Below are positions 1 through 8,555 of a stretch of DNA of 64,000 bases, piece by piece (the first letter of the stretch is position 1; each line of letters starts with the position of its first letter). The DNA lies in NCBI GenBank assembly GCA_032128875.1, contig JAVLKG010000002.1:672001-736000 (forward strand), read 5' to 3'. Source of the DNA: Candidatus Melainabacteria bacterium 17Bon1m (GTDB lineage: Bacteria; Cyanobacteriota; Vampirovibrionia; Obscuribacterales; Obscuribacteraceae). The position numbers and the translations under genes are program-made. The notes below the pieces were generated by a model, which did not search any database, was not told the origin of the DNA, and saw only the letters and a program-made list of their open reading frames with translations.

Positions 1-1277
1 AGGCGCAGCTCGAAATCATCTGGGCTGAGTTTGATAGCTTCATCAAGACTCTTCAATGCAGCCTCATAGTCGTTGGAGGCAAGAAGTGCTCCAACTGCCG
101 CTTTCTGTGCCTTGATGTAGAGACCCTGGCTTAAACCTTTTACAGCTTGTGGATTATTTGGGCTCATCTGGAGAATGGTTCTAAAACCCTTGATTGCATC
201 ATCTGCCTTCTCGAGTTTCAAACAAATTTCTGCAATGCGTTGGCGCAAATCGATATCGTAGGGAATCTGCGACAAACCCGAACGCAGGTCGGCGAGCGCC
301 AATTCGAGATCGCTTCTGCTTTCGCGAATGTCTGCGATTTTGAGGTAAGGCTGTGCATTTTCCGGCTTGATCAAAATTGAGAGTTGATATTCCTTTATTG
401 CTGCAACCTGATTTCCTTGTTGTGCATAGGCATCACCAAGAGCCATGCGAACCGGCCAACTGTTGGGGAACTGGTAGAGAGAAGTATTCAGTTCTTTAAT
501 GGCATCGTCGACTTGCCCTTGTTTCAAATAAACAGAACCAAGACCGAAGTGGGCGGTTGAATTGCTTGAGCTAATATTGATAGCGCGTTTGAAGTTTTCT
601 GCAGCTTCCGCGAGGCTGCCTTGATCGAGTTTAATTGTTCCGAGCGTCGACAAAGCTTGCGAATGTTGTGGGTCAAGACTTACTGCCGTGCGCAATTCTT
701 GTGCGGCGTCTTCAATGCGCCCTTGTTCTTTATATACTTGCCCGAGCGTGAAGTGTGCTTCTCCGGATGCGGGTGCCAAAGCGGTTGCCCGTCTTGCGTA
801 GTCTTCAGCCTGACGCAAATAAGAATCGCGGTTGTCTCTGATAGTGCCCGATGAAGATTGCAGGCGGTTCAAAATGACGTTGGCTTTTCCCGCGAACGCC
901 AATGCATTATTAGGATCCGACTTCAAAACACGGTCGAGCATGTCGTCCGCGCCGTCCAATTTGAATTGTTTTGCAAGCGCTGTGCCCAAACCAACTGTTG
1001 CCGCAAGATCAGCAGGATTGTTGACGAGCAGTTCTCGGAACATTTCCTCCGCCTCTGCATAACGTCCTTGGGACATTAGTTGTTCGGCGGGAATGATGTC
1101 AGACTTGATCTTGCCGGTGAGGATTTGGTTTTGGTTGGGAGGTGGAGTGGTTGATGTGGCAGGCTGGGTTATCCCAGGCAATTGAGCGCCAGCGGTATGA
1201 GGGTAGAAAACGATCAGCCCGGATACTGCTAGAAGTCCGAAAAGGCTCAAACTTCCTGCTTTTCTGATGGCGGTCAT
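1..1277 (-). CDS. Secreted tetratricopeptide-repeat (TPR) protein, partial (3' end runs off the window)
   Basis: Not in the ORF track. Manual translation from ATG at 1277 (SD AAGGAGG just upstream) gives MTAIRKAGSLSLFGLLAVSGLIVFYPHTAGAQ (signal peptide), then TPR helices such as AHFTLGQVYKEQGRIEDAAQELRTAVSLDP and AHFGLGSVYLKQGQVDDAIKEL. Confidence 0.85.
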   Translation of the reverse strand, partial: MTAIRKAGSLSLFGLLAVSGLIVFYPHTAGAQLPGITQPATSTTPPPNQNQILTGKIKSDIIPAEQLMSQGRYAEAEEMFRELLVNNPADLAATVGLGTALAKQFKLDGADDMLDRVLKSDPNNALAFAGKANVILNRLQSSSGTIRDNRDSYLRQAEDYARRATALAPASGEAHFTLGQVYKEQGRIEDAAQELRTAVSLDPQHSQALSTLGTIKLDQGSLAEAAENFKRAINISSSNSTAHFGLGSVYLKQGQVDDAIKELNTSLYQFPNSWPVRMALGDAYAQQGNQVAAIKEYQLSILIKPENAQPYLKIADIRESRSDLELALADLRSGLSQIPYDIDLRQRIAEICLKLEKADDAIKGFRTILQMSPNNPQAVKGLSQGLYIKAQKAAVGALLASNDYEAALKSLDEAIKLSPDDFELR

Positions 1278-1467
1278 GCAATTCCTCCTTGCAAAGTCAC
1301 CAAATTCCTTATTTCAGAACGCTTCTTCAAGCGACAGGCTCGGCGTTTGCACGCAGAGCACAAGGCGAAGGTAACAGACCTTCGGTCCTGAAGTATTAGA
1401 AGGAGGGGTTTTACTTCGGATTTGAGGATAAGTCGATACAAGATTCTTAATGAAACCTTGCGACCTA

Positions 1468-1497
1468 TTGACAAATCCCGAAATCTTGCCGCACACT
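1468..1497 (+). promoter_or_regulatory. Putative sigma70 promoter for the argC leader
   Basis: TTGACA (1468-1473), 18-nt spacer, CACACT (1492-1497), about 35 nt upstream of the leader ATG. Confidence 0.5.
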
Positions 1498-1531
1498 ACA
1501 TAGGTTGATTCATCAGGTGCTCAAGAGACAG

Positions 1532-1588
1532 ATGCAGCTTATGCAAGCCCAACAAGTTATATCCCGACGCCGCCCAGGTCTCTTTTAA
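1532..1588 (+). CDS. Arg-codon leader peptide MQLMQAQQVISRRRPGLF (argC attenuator)
   Basis: 18-codon ORF (alternative ATG at 1541) with tandem CGA CGC CGC at 1565-1573, between the promoter and the terminator upstream of argC. Confidence 0.8.
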   Translation: MQLMQAQQVISRRRPGLF

Positions 1589-1636
1589 GGCCCGGCGCAG
1601 ATATGGCTTAGCTGATTTAGCACCATTTTCGAGTTT

Positions 1637-1671
1637 AGCCCCGGGTCCAAGGACCAGGGGTTTTTTGTTTT
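1637..1671 (+). terminator. Attenuator terminator upstream of argC
   Basis: AGCCCC-G-GGTC-caag-GACC-A-GGGGTT hairpin followed by a T-rich tract (TTTTTTGTTTT). Confidence 0.85.
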
Positions 1672-1697
1672 AGGGCTTGTTCAAGATGGATACACAG

Positions 1698-2753
1698 ATG
1701 AAGAAGATTGCGGTTGTCGGAGCTACAGGTTACACAGGTCAGGAGTTGATCAGAATTCTGGTTCAGCATCCCAATGTGAAAGTGCACACTGCAGTTTCTT
1801 CCACCAACAGCGGCAAGTCGTATGCGTCGGTTTATCCAGGGCTGTCAAAATTGGCCGATTTCACTTGCAGTGCTGATGACATTGATACGTTGTCTTCGCA
1901 AGTCGATCTGATTTTCCTTGCATTGCCTCATGGACTTGCGGCCAAAATGGTCAGCAAGGATGTGTTAGAGAAATGCGCGATTGTTGATCTCGGAGCTGAT
2001 TTCCGGTTGAAGAATGCCGGAGATTATGATGAATGGTACGAGTTCACTCACCCAAATCCTCAATTGCTCGATTGTTCTGCTTATGGACTGCCAGAGTTGA
2101 ACAGAGAAAAAATCAAATCTGCAAAGTTGATTGCTAATCCTGGTTGCTATGCAACCTGTTCAATTCTCTCATTGGCACCACTACTTAACGCTGGGCTGAT
2201 TGATGAGTCCACAGTCATAGTTGATGCAAAGTCTGGAGTCTCTGGTGCGGGAAGAAGTCTTTCGCTGGGAGTCCACTTCGACGAGTGTAATGAGTCCATC
2301 AAGGCTTACAAACTCGGTAGCCATCGGCACACTCCCGAGATCGAGCAAGCTCTGAATCCTTACGCGAAGAGTTCGCTGGCCATCTCGTTTACGCCACATT
2401 TGGTTCCTATGAACAGAGGAATTCTATGTACTACATATGGATCTTTAAAGAAAAAGATGTCAGATAAAGATCTCTTTGATCTCTATAGTGAATTCTATGA
2501 AGATGAGCAATTCATCAGGATCTTCGATCCGCAATCAGGCGAGTATAAATATCCAGAGACGCGTTGGGTTAAAGGATCTAACTATTGTGATATCGGACTC
2601 AGCGTCGATAAGAGAACCAGCAGAGCGATAGTCGTCGGGGCCCTAGATAATCTCGTGAAAGGCGCAGCAGGACAGGCAGTTCAAAACATGAACATCCACT
2701 TTGGCTGGCAAGAATCTACAGGTTTAACTCACGCTCCAATTTTTCCGGCGTAA
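1698..2753 (+). CDS. argC: N-acetyl-gamma-glutamyl-phosphate reductase
   Basis: IAVVGATGYTG Rossmann motif, IANPGCYAT catalytic Cys, DAKSGVSGAG, DNLVKGAAGQAVQNMN signature; start may be 1686 or 1698. Confidence 0.97.
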   Translation: MKKIAVVGATGYTGQELIRILVQHPNVKVHTAVSSTNSGKSYASVYPGLSKLADFTCSADDIDTLSSQVDLIFLALPHGLAAKMVSKDVLEKCAIVDLGADFRLKNAGDYDEWYEFTHPNPQLLDCSAYGLPELNREKIKSAKLIANPGCYATCSILSLAPLLNAGLIDESTVIVDAKSGVSGAGRSLSLGVHFDECNESIKAYKLGSHRHTPEIEQALNPYAKSSLAISFTPHLVPMNRGILCTTYGSLKKKMSDKDLFDLYSEFYEDEQFIRIFDPQSGEYKYPETRWVKGSNYCDIGLSVDKRTSRAIVVGALDNLVKGAAGQAVQNMNIHFGWQESTGLTHAPIFPA

Positions 2754-2779
2754 CAAATTTTGCAGATATCCCAGAATTA

Positions 2780-2809
2780 TTGACAGAAAAAATCCACAGC
2801 GTGTATATT
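2780..2809 (+). promoter_or_regulatory. Putative internal sigma70 promoter for the argJB leader
   Basis: TTGACA (2780-2785), 18-nt spacer, TATATT (2804-2809). Confidence 0.65.
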
Positions 2810-2832
2810 TGAATCTCAAGGAAATTTTTGAC

Positions 2833-2922
2833 ATGCAATTCAGCAAATCTCTCAGACACAACCGACGATTCCCCCGACGCCGCGCCAACGCGCTTGGGGA
2901 TTGCTCGCATACGTTGATTTAA
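2833..2922 (+). CDS. Arg-codon leader peptide MQFSKSLRHNRRFPRRRANALGDCSHTLI (argJB attenuator)
   Basis: 29-codon ORF with SD-like AAGGA upstream; 6 Arg among codons 8-17 (AGA CAC AAC CGA CGA TTC CCC CGA CGC CGC). Confidence 0.85.
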   Translation: MQFSKSLRHNRRFPRRRANALGDCSHTLI

Positions 2923-2946
2923 TACAACACTGCAAGAGATCTATAT

Positions 2947-2982
2947 TCCCCGAGTGCCCCCATCAAGGACTCGGGGATTTTT
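2947..2982 (+). terminator. Attenuator terminator upstream of argJ
   Basis: Perfect 9-bp stem TCCCCGAGT (2947-2955) / ACTCGGGGA (2969-2977) followed by TTTTT. Confidence 0.85.
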
Positions 2983-3016
2983 CTATGCATCTGTTTTTTG
3001 TTTGAGGAGATCCGAA

Positions 3017-4297
3017 ATGAATTCATTCACCACCATCATCGATGCGCATGCCTTGGCTGTTCAGGGCAAGGTGGTAGAAGCCCCTTTCAGCGGAAGCGTC
3101 ACCAGCGCAAAAGGCTTTAAGGCAGCCGGTGCTCACATCGGTGTAAAACGCAAAAGAAAAGATCTTGCTTTGATCTATAGCGAAGTTCCAGCAACTGTCG
3201 CCTGCATGTTCACTACCAACGTGATGAAAGCTGCGCCGATTCTGTGGAACCAGAGTGTTGTAGCTAAATCTCAAACAGTTCGTGGCATCGTCATCAACAG
3301 CGGCAACGCCAACTCTTGCACTGGCAAAGAAGGCCTGGAAAACGCAGAGATTATGGCTGCCACTTACGCTGATTGCATTGGTGTGAAGCCTGAGGAAATT
3401 CTTGTTTGCTCCACAGGTGTCATCGGCGTTCAACTTCCCATGGAAATCATCACGAAGGGCATCATCAACACGGCGACGTCCCTAGAGCACTCCAAGCTGG
3501 CTGGACAATTAGCAGCCGAAGCGATTATGACCACAGACACTTATACGAAACAGATCTCCGTAGAGTTCGAAGTCGGCGGGAAGAAGGTAGTACTTGGCGC
3601 GATGGCAAAAGGCAGCGGCATGATTCACCCGAACATGGCGACGATGCTTAGCTTTATCACGACCGACCTGGATATTGCCCCGCACATGCTGGAGAAAGCA
3701 CTGAAAGACAGTGGTGCCGATACCTATAACATGATTTCGGTTGACGGTGATACCAGCACGAATGACATGGTGGCAATCATGGCGAACGGACTGGCCGGCA
3801 ATGAAACTATCGTCAGCGAGGATGCCGGCTACTTCACCTTTTGCGAAGTGTTGAAGCAGGTAAACACACATCTGGCGAAAATCATTGTTCAAGACGGCGA
3901 GGGTGCAACCAAATTCTTGGAAGCCCAAGTGACATCTGTCGGATTGAAAGAAGATGCCAGACTGCTTGCACGTTCCATCGTTTCTTCCAGTCTGGTAAAA
4001 ACAGCGTTCTTCGGAGAGGACGCGAATTGGGGCAGAATCATCTGCGCAATGGGATACAGCGGCGCGAAATTTGATCCGGCTCACGTTTCAATTTCTCTGG
4101 AAAGCGCAGGCGGGATATTAGAACTCTTGAAACATGGCGAGCCGGTCTGCGTCAATGAAATTCTTGCGAAGCAAATTCTTGCCGAGAAGAACATCATCAT
4201 TCATGTGAACATGAATACCGGAATCGAGGAAGCTACCGCGTGGGGTTGCGATCTCAGTTATGACTACGTGCGGATTAATGGCTCTTACAGAACTTAG
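3017..4297 (+). CDS. argJ: Bifunctional ornithine acetyltransferase / N-acetylglutamate synthase
   Basis: NSGNAN, AIMTTDT, AKGSGMIHPNMATML (autoproteolytic Thr), DGDTSTND, DGEGATK, YVRINGSYRT; SD GAGGAG before ATG 3017. Confidence 0.97.
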   Translation: MNSFTTIIDAHALAVQGKVVEAPFSGSVTSAKGFKAAGAHIGVKRKRKDLALIYSEVPATVACMFTTNVMKAAPILWNQSVVAKSQTVRGIVINSGNANSCTGKEGLENAEIMAATYADCIGVKPEEILVCSTGVIGVQLPMEIITKGIINTATSLEHSKLAGQLAAEAIMTTDTYTKQISVEFEVGGKKVVLGAMAKGSGMIHPNMATMLSFITTDLDIAPHMLEKALKDSGADTYNMISVDGDTSTNDMVAIMANGLAGNETIVSEDAGYFTFCEVLKQVNTHLAKIIVQDGEGATKFLEAQVTSVGLKEDARLLARSIVSSSLVKTAFFGEDANWGRIICAMGYSGAKFDPAHVSISLESAGGILELLKHGEPVCVNEILAKQILAEKNIIIHVNMNTGIEEATAWGCDLSYDYVRINGSYRT

Positions 4298-5206
4298 GTG
4301 ACCGAAATGACACTGGCAACTTTTAAAGGCACGATATTACAGGAAAACTTTGATGCCCTCCCGAATTCTACTTTCGGGTTGAGTACAGATGGTGATCCGA
4401 TTGTTGTCGTAAAATTTGGCGGCAACGCCATTATGAATCCCAAAGTCCTCGATCAGCTGATTGAGGATACTTGCTCGCTCATCAGCAAAGGTGTACGTGT
4501 TGTTCTCGTACATGGTGGTGGCACCGCTGTCAATGATGCTCTTAAATCCGTTGGGAAGGAAACGCAGAAGATTGGCGGTTTGCGAGTCACAGACGATCAG
4601 ACATTGGAAATCGCTGTTGATGTTTTCACAGGCATCAATGAAAAGCTGACCGATAAGTTTTTGGCAAAAGGAGCGCAAGCACTCAGCTTTTGCTCCAAAA
4701 CTATCAATCCTTTTCTCAGCAAGAAAATGGAATTTCAAGATCCCCAAGGCAATGATGTCGACCTCGGCTGGGTCGGTGAAATTGTCGATGTCGATGCCAC
4801 CAAGCTTGATCGGTGGTTGTGGGCAGGCTGGATGCCTGTGATTTCGCCTTTCGGCAAAGATAAGAATGGGCAGCTCTACAACCTCAACGCAGATCACGCT
4901 GCGTTGGCTGTAGCGACATATCTGAATGCCGACGCCCTGATTTTCCTTACGGACGTTCCGGGAGTTTTGCGCGACGTGCAAGACCCTACTACCAGAATCA
5001 GCCACCTCACCCCAGCGCAGGCGCAAGTCTGTCTGGAAGAAGGGACGATTTCCGGAGGGATGCTTCCAAAAATCAAAAGCTGCTTGAAATGCCTAGACAA
5101 TGGCGTTGAGAAAATCGCCATTTTGAACAGCTTTGCGCCTCACGCATTGCTCAAAGGGTTTTCCGCACCTGAGAAATATGGAACAGTCCTGACACGAGCG
5201 AGTTAA
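4298..5206 (+). CDS. argB: Acetylglutamate kinase
   Basis: VVKFGGNA, VLVHGGG, GLRVTD, YNLNAD, LTDVPGV, ISGGMLPKI. Confidence 0.95.
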   Translation: MTEMTLATFKGTILQENFDALPNSTFGLSTDGDPIVVVKFGGNAIMNPKVLDQLIEDTCSLISKGVRVVLVHGGGTAVNDALKSVGKETQKIGGLRVTDDQTLEIAVDVFTGINEKLTDKFLAKGAQALSFCSKTINPFLSKKMEFQDPQGNDVDLGWVGEIVDVDATKLDRWLWAGWMPVISPFGKDKNGQLYNLNADHAALAVATYLNADALIFLTDVPGVLRDVQDPTTRISHLTPAQAQVCLEEGTISGGMLPKIKSCLKCLDNGVEKIAILNSFAPHALLKGFSAPEKYGTVLTRAS

Positions 5207-5306
5207 ACCTCGTAGCTTAAAATCGAGCAAATAGGGCAACACTGCACAATTCAACAGTGCTTTCAAACGCGCCTAGCCATACCATGACGGCATTGAAGCC
5301 GGGAGT

Positions 5307-7691
5307 ATGGCGATGCCACGATTTGAAAAATCTGAGAACAAAACTGATGGTGCCCTAGGAGCATTTGACAGAGCTTCGGATAAATCTTCAGGCGATGAGA
5401 ATTCGGGCGATAAAACAGCGCGCGGTTTTGATTGGTTCGGCGCGAATTTTGTTAACCCGCTGGTCAACACACTTTGTGTGGAACCTGCCAATGCGATCAC
5501 TCAGACGGTAGAGAGAGCGGCCGGACAGTCGCCTTTTCATCGTGTAGAGCCTCTGCCTGTCCCTGACACTTCTAAACGACCGATCTCAACCGAATTGGTT
5601 AGTCAGAGTGTAGCGTGTGCGATTGGATCTGTCGGACCTTATGCTCTAGCAGGAATGCTTGCCGGCAATGCCATGCGGTGTGCTGGTGCTGCTCTGAAAA
5701 CTGAAGGAGCGATTGCAACCTTTGCGCAAAATGACAAGGTTGCTCAGATCGTAGGAGCTGGCGTTTACGATGGAATGAAGGAAACTCGTCAGGGCGAGAC
5801 TCACTTGCGTAATGGAATAGCTGGCGCTGCCAGCTTTGCGGTATTGGAATACTCGCGTGTAGATCCTCGTGCTAGCTTGATTGGCCGCTCCCTTGATCGA
5901 TTCAGTTCGGGTTTTGTAGGCTCGCTTACTCATGTAGCTATTTCGCGCCCCGATGCTTTTTCCCTGAAGGCTCCTTCTGATATCAATATTTCGTCGAGCC
6001 TTTTGACGGGCGCTTTTATAAATGTTTTGCTCCCTGGCACTCAGCAGGGCTTACGGATGTTGCAAGAGAAAGCATCTTTGAGAATGGGTCGCGGCATTCC
6101 GATCGACAGATATCTGGTGTCGAACAGTTCTCATGTCAATGCAGAAACAATAAACGCTCGCGCCGAATTTACTTCTGCCACCACGAAAGAATTGTTTGAG
6201 CAAAACCGCTGGGCAAGAATTGAACCTGATTCAAAATTTGATTGTTACTTGCCAAAGCGAGATATGGTTTCACTAACGAGTGGTAGCTCTCGTGAAACGC
6301 TTTTGCATGAGCTTCACCACCGCAAAGAAGCTTTGGCTGGAATTGCAGAACCAGGATTTGTTCAAGCTGCCGCCTACTTAAATAAAGACGTGAATCGAGC
6401 CTGGCAAATCTTTGCTCGGGTACGTCGCGCTCAAGAAATTCGAGCTGAAATCGCAGGCCGCCAAGAAGTCAACGCTTCGGGGCTAACGAGTAAGGCAGAA
6501 TTCGTCAATGAACTTAAGAGAACGCTTCCTTCGGCCCGCTTTGCCGGCGGTGACTCATACATACAGCTTTGGCGTCGAGAGTTCCAGGCGTTTTTGCGCT
6601 CTGGCGGAAAGTTTCGACCTGAAGCCGATTACTCAAAGTGTCGTTTTAACAAGGAAATCAGAGATGAGGCCAACAGGCTTTATGTGCGTTTAGCGGGTCG
6701 AGAACCGAATGCCGGCAATGCCATCGATGGTGTGATTGAAAGGCATTCTCTAAATGACGAGCAAGTTCTAAGCGTTTTTAAACACGTAAATGAATTTCTC
6801 AAGCCTAAGTACAGCACTGCCGTTCAGCTTCCGTTGCCCTTTCTTGCGATGCAAACTTTGCGTTTGGTTGCCCGACCGGAAAAGGTCAAGCAGGGATTTC
6901 ATCCGACTTGCGGACCCGCAGCTCTTGAGTATGCAACTTATGTGAAACATCCTGAGAATGCTGCGAGTTTGATTTCGCAAGTAGCGCTAACCGGTAAATA
7001 CAAGTGTGCGGATGGTACTTCAATAACGCTTGACCTATTGAATGTAATACCTGAGAGGACAAAGACTAGAAGTTTTGCGAATCAATTGTTTCAGACTACC
7101 TCTGTGAACGTGCACTGGCAGAGAAAAACTAGTCTCGAACCATGGCTGTACTCAGGTGATGGAATTGACAATAGTATTACGGCTGGTGCCATTCGATATG
7201 AAAGGCAGCCGCACAACTCATCTAGTCCAGACTTGTATCGGCTCATGGACTATAGCAAAAAGCCGGTACGGCCACTTCAGGACAGATTGGCACCGGAGTT
7301 GCGCAATGATATGGCTGATCCTTTGATGGACTGCAACAGTCTGAATGATATCAATGGGCAGATAAATGGTGGCACGCATGGTGACATCGCCTTGCCTTGG
7401 GACCTGCACTCTCAGCAAGTTTTGGAAAGAACACTGAGAGAAAGACACCTGACAGGTCGGCTGCCTGTCTTGACCGTCATAGACTGCAGGCATCCACTTT
7501 TTCGTCATGGAATGGAGGATCCGCTTCCTGATGTTGGTTGGCACATTGTGGCGGTTCGAGGATATGACCCTGCCACAAAAACGGCGTCAATATTCAATCC
7601 GTGGGGGCACATTCTCAATGGTATAAGCACACGCGATTTGTACAAGGCAAACAAAGAATTTAAAATCTCAACTGAGAACAAGAGCCTGTAA
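5307..7691 (+). CDS. Large hypothetical protein with hydrophobic N-terminal region, HExxH motif and C-terminal papain-fold (C39/calpain-like) peptidase domain
   Basis: TLLHELHH motif; QGFHPTCGPAALE (Gln..Cys), WHIVAVRGYD (His), IFNPWG (Asn). Confidence 0.6.
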   Translation: MAMPRFEKSENKTDGALGAFDRASDKSSGDENSGDKTARGFDWFGANFVNPLVNTLCVEPANAITQTVERAAGQSPFHRVEPLPVPDTSKRPISTELVSQSVACAIGSVGPYALAGMLAGNAMRCAGAALKTEGAIATFAQNDKVAQIVGAGVYDGMKETRQGETHLRNGIAGAASFAVLEYSRVDPRASLIGRSLDRFSSGFVGSLTHVAISRPDAFSLKAPSDINISSSLLTGAFINVLLPGTQQGLRMLQEKASLRMGRGIPIDRYLVSNSSHVNAETINARAEFTSATTKELFEQNRWARIEPDSKFDCYLPKRDMVSLTSGSSRETLLHELHHRKEALAGIAEPGFVQAAAYLNKDVNRAWQIFARVRRAQEIRAEIAGRQEVNASGLTSKAEFVNELKRTLPSARFAGGDSYIQLWRREFQAFLRSGGKFRPEADYSKCRFNKEIRDEANRLYVRLAGREPNAGNAIDGVIERHSLNDEQVLSVFKHVNEFLKPKYSTAVQLPLPFLAMQTLRLVARPEKVKQGFHPTCGPAALEYATYVKHPENAASLISQVALTGKYKCADGTSITLDLLNVIPERTKTRSFANQLFQTTSVNVHWQRKTSLEPWLYSGDGIDNSITAGAIRYERQPHNSSSPDLYRLMDYSKKPVRPLQDRLAPELRNDMADPLMDCNSLNDINGQINGGTHGDIALPWDLHSQQVLERTLRERHLTGRLPVLTVIDCRHPLFRHGMEDPLPDVGWHIVAVRGYDPATKTASIFNPWGHILNGISTRDLYKANKEFKISTENKSL

Positions 7692-7759
7692 TATAAATGA
7701 ATCGAGAGAGTCGTCTGCACGTGATTTGACGAACCCACGGATTCTTCAGGAACTTCCCT

Positions 7760-8266
7760 TTGGCTGACATCGAAAATATTGGACGAATAAAGCGTATGAC
7801 GTTGCCCAACGGGTGGACTCCTACGCGGCAGGTGCTAGGACAGTTCGGCAATAGCTATCTGTATCATTATGGACGTTCTGACACGCCGGAGCTTCAACTT
7901 TCGATCTTTTACCGCGGGATGAATGTTTCGTCTCTCTCGGGAAAAACATTCGAGCGGATTTTGAAGAAGGAACCTCATGAACTGAGCTCAGAAGCTATAT
8001 TGAGCATTACTGAGGTTTTGGGAAGCTGCGCGCAGCCGGATCTCTATGATCTAGAACGCGCCAGCAGCAAATCACTTTCTGATTCAAATGTAATTGATGT
8101 AGAAGGACGCTTTCCCGAGGTCGGCCTTGAGAATCGCACCATTTTTATCAATGGTGGCAATGATGGTTGCGTGGTGCTGGAAATTATTTTCTCTGCGCCA
8201 AAGAAGGTTTTTCTCAAACACGCGCCTGAAATTGAGCGCTGCTTGCAGTCTATCGAATGGAAATAG
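7760..8266 (+). CDS. Hypothetical protein, possibly PsbP/DcrB-like fold
   Basis: N-terminal LPNGW and C-terminal ERCLQSIEW pattern typical of the fold; lies directly after the peptidase-domain gene. Confidence 0.5.
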   Translation: MADIENIGRIKRMTLPNGWTPTRQVLGQFGNSYLYHYGRSDTPELQLSIFYRGMNVSSLSGKTFERILKKEPHELSSEAILSITEVLGSCAQPDLYDLERASSKSLSDSNVIDVEGRFPEVGLENRTIFINGGNDGCVVLEIIFSAPKKVFLKHAPEIERCLQSIEWK

Positions 8267-8273
8267 CTACGTC

Positions 8274-8555
8274 CTAAAACTGTCTTGGATGACCGAAGCG
8301 GCTGGTGACGGATTCTGCGGTGCTGTACAAATAGCCGCTAGAATTGGTATCGCTGAGAATAGCAGGAGCCATGTGTGTCGGCTGGGCCGCCTGGTAATGC
8401 TGAACCATTTTCGGTGGCTGCGTATTTTGTTGCGCTTTCACTGCGGACATTGCATTGCCGACGTGTCCGAAGATAAACATAATAGTCATCAAGCCCAAGC
8501 CGCCAGCGGCGACTAGTCCTCCGCAGATGAGCTCTTCGTATTCTTCGAGATTCAC
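8274..8555 (-). CDS. Small membrane protein
   Basis: One hydrophobic helix (GGLVAAGGLGLMTIMFIFG). Confidence 0.5.
   Translation of the reverse strand: MNLEEYEELICGGLVAAGGLGLMTIMFIFGHVGNAMSAVKAQQNTQPPKMVQHYQAAQPTHMAPAILSDTNSSGYLYSTAESVTSRFGHPRQF

Noticed and set aside
147-1079. Short plus-strand ORFs here, and the many antisense ORFs across the track
   Set aside because: They are shadows of well-supported genes on the opposite strand or in another frame, with no motifs or RBS
1500-1676. T-box riboswitch or ARG-box control of argC/argJ
   Set aside because: No T-box GGTGGNACC motif and no convincing tandem TGAAT-N4-ATTCA boxes were seen by eye; the uORF-attenuator model explains the sequence better
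2954-3016. 21-aa N-terminal extension of ArgJ in the ORF track
   Set aside because: It starts inside the terminator hairpin, and a strong SD precedes ATG 3017
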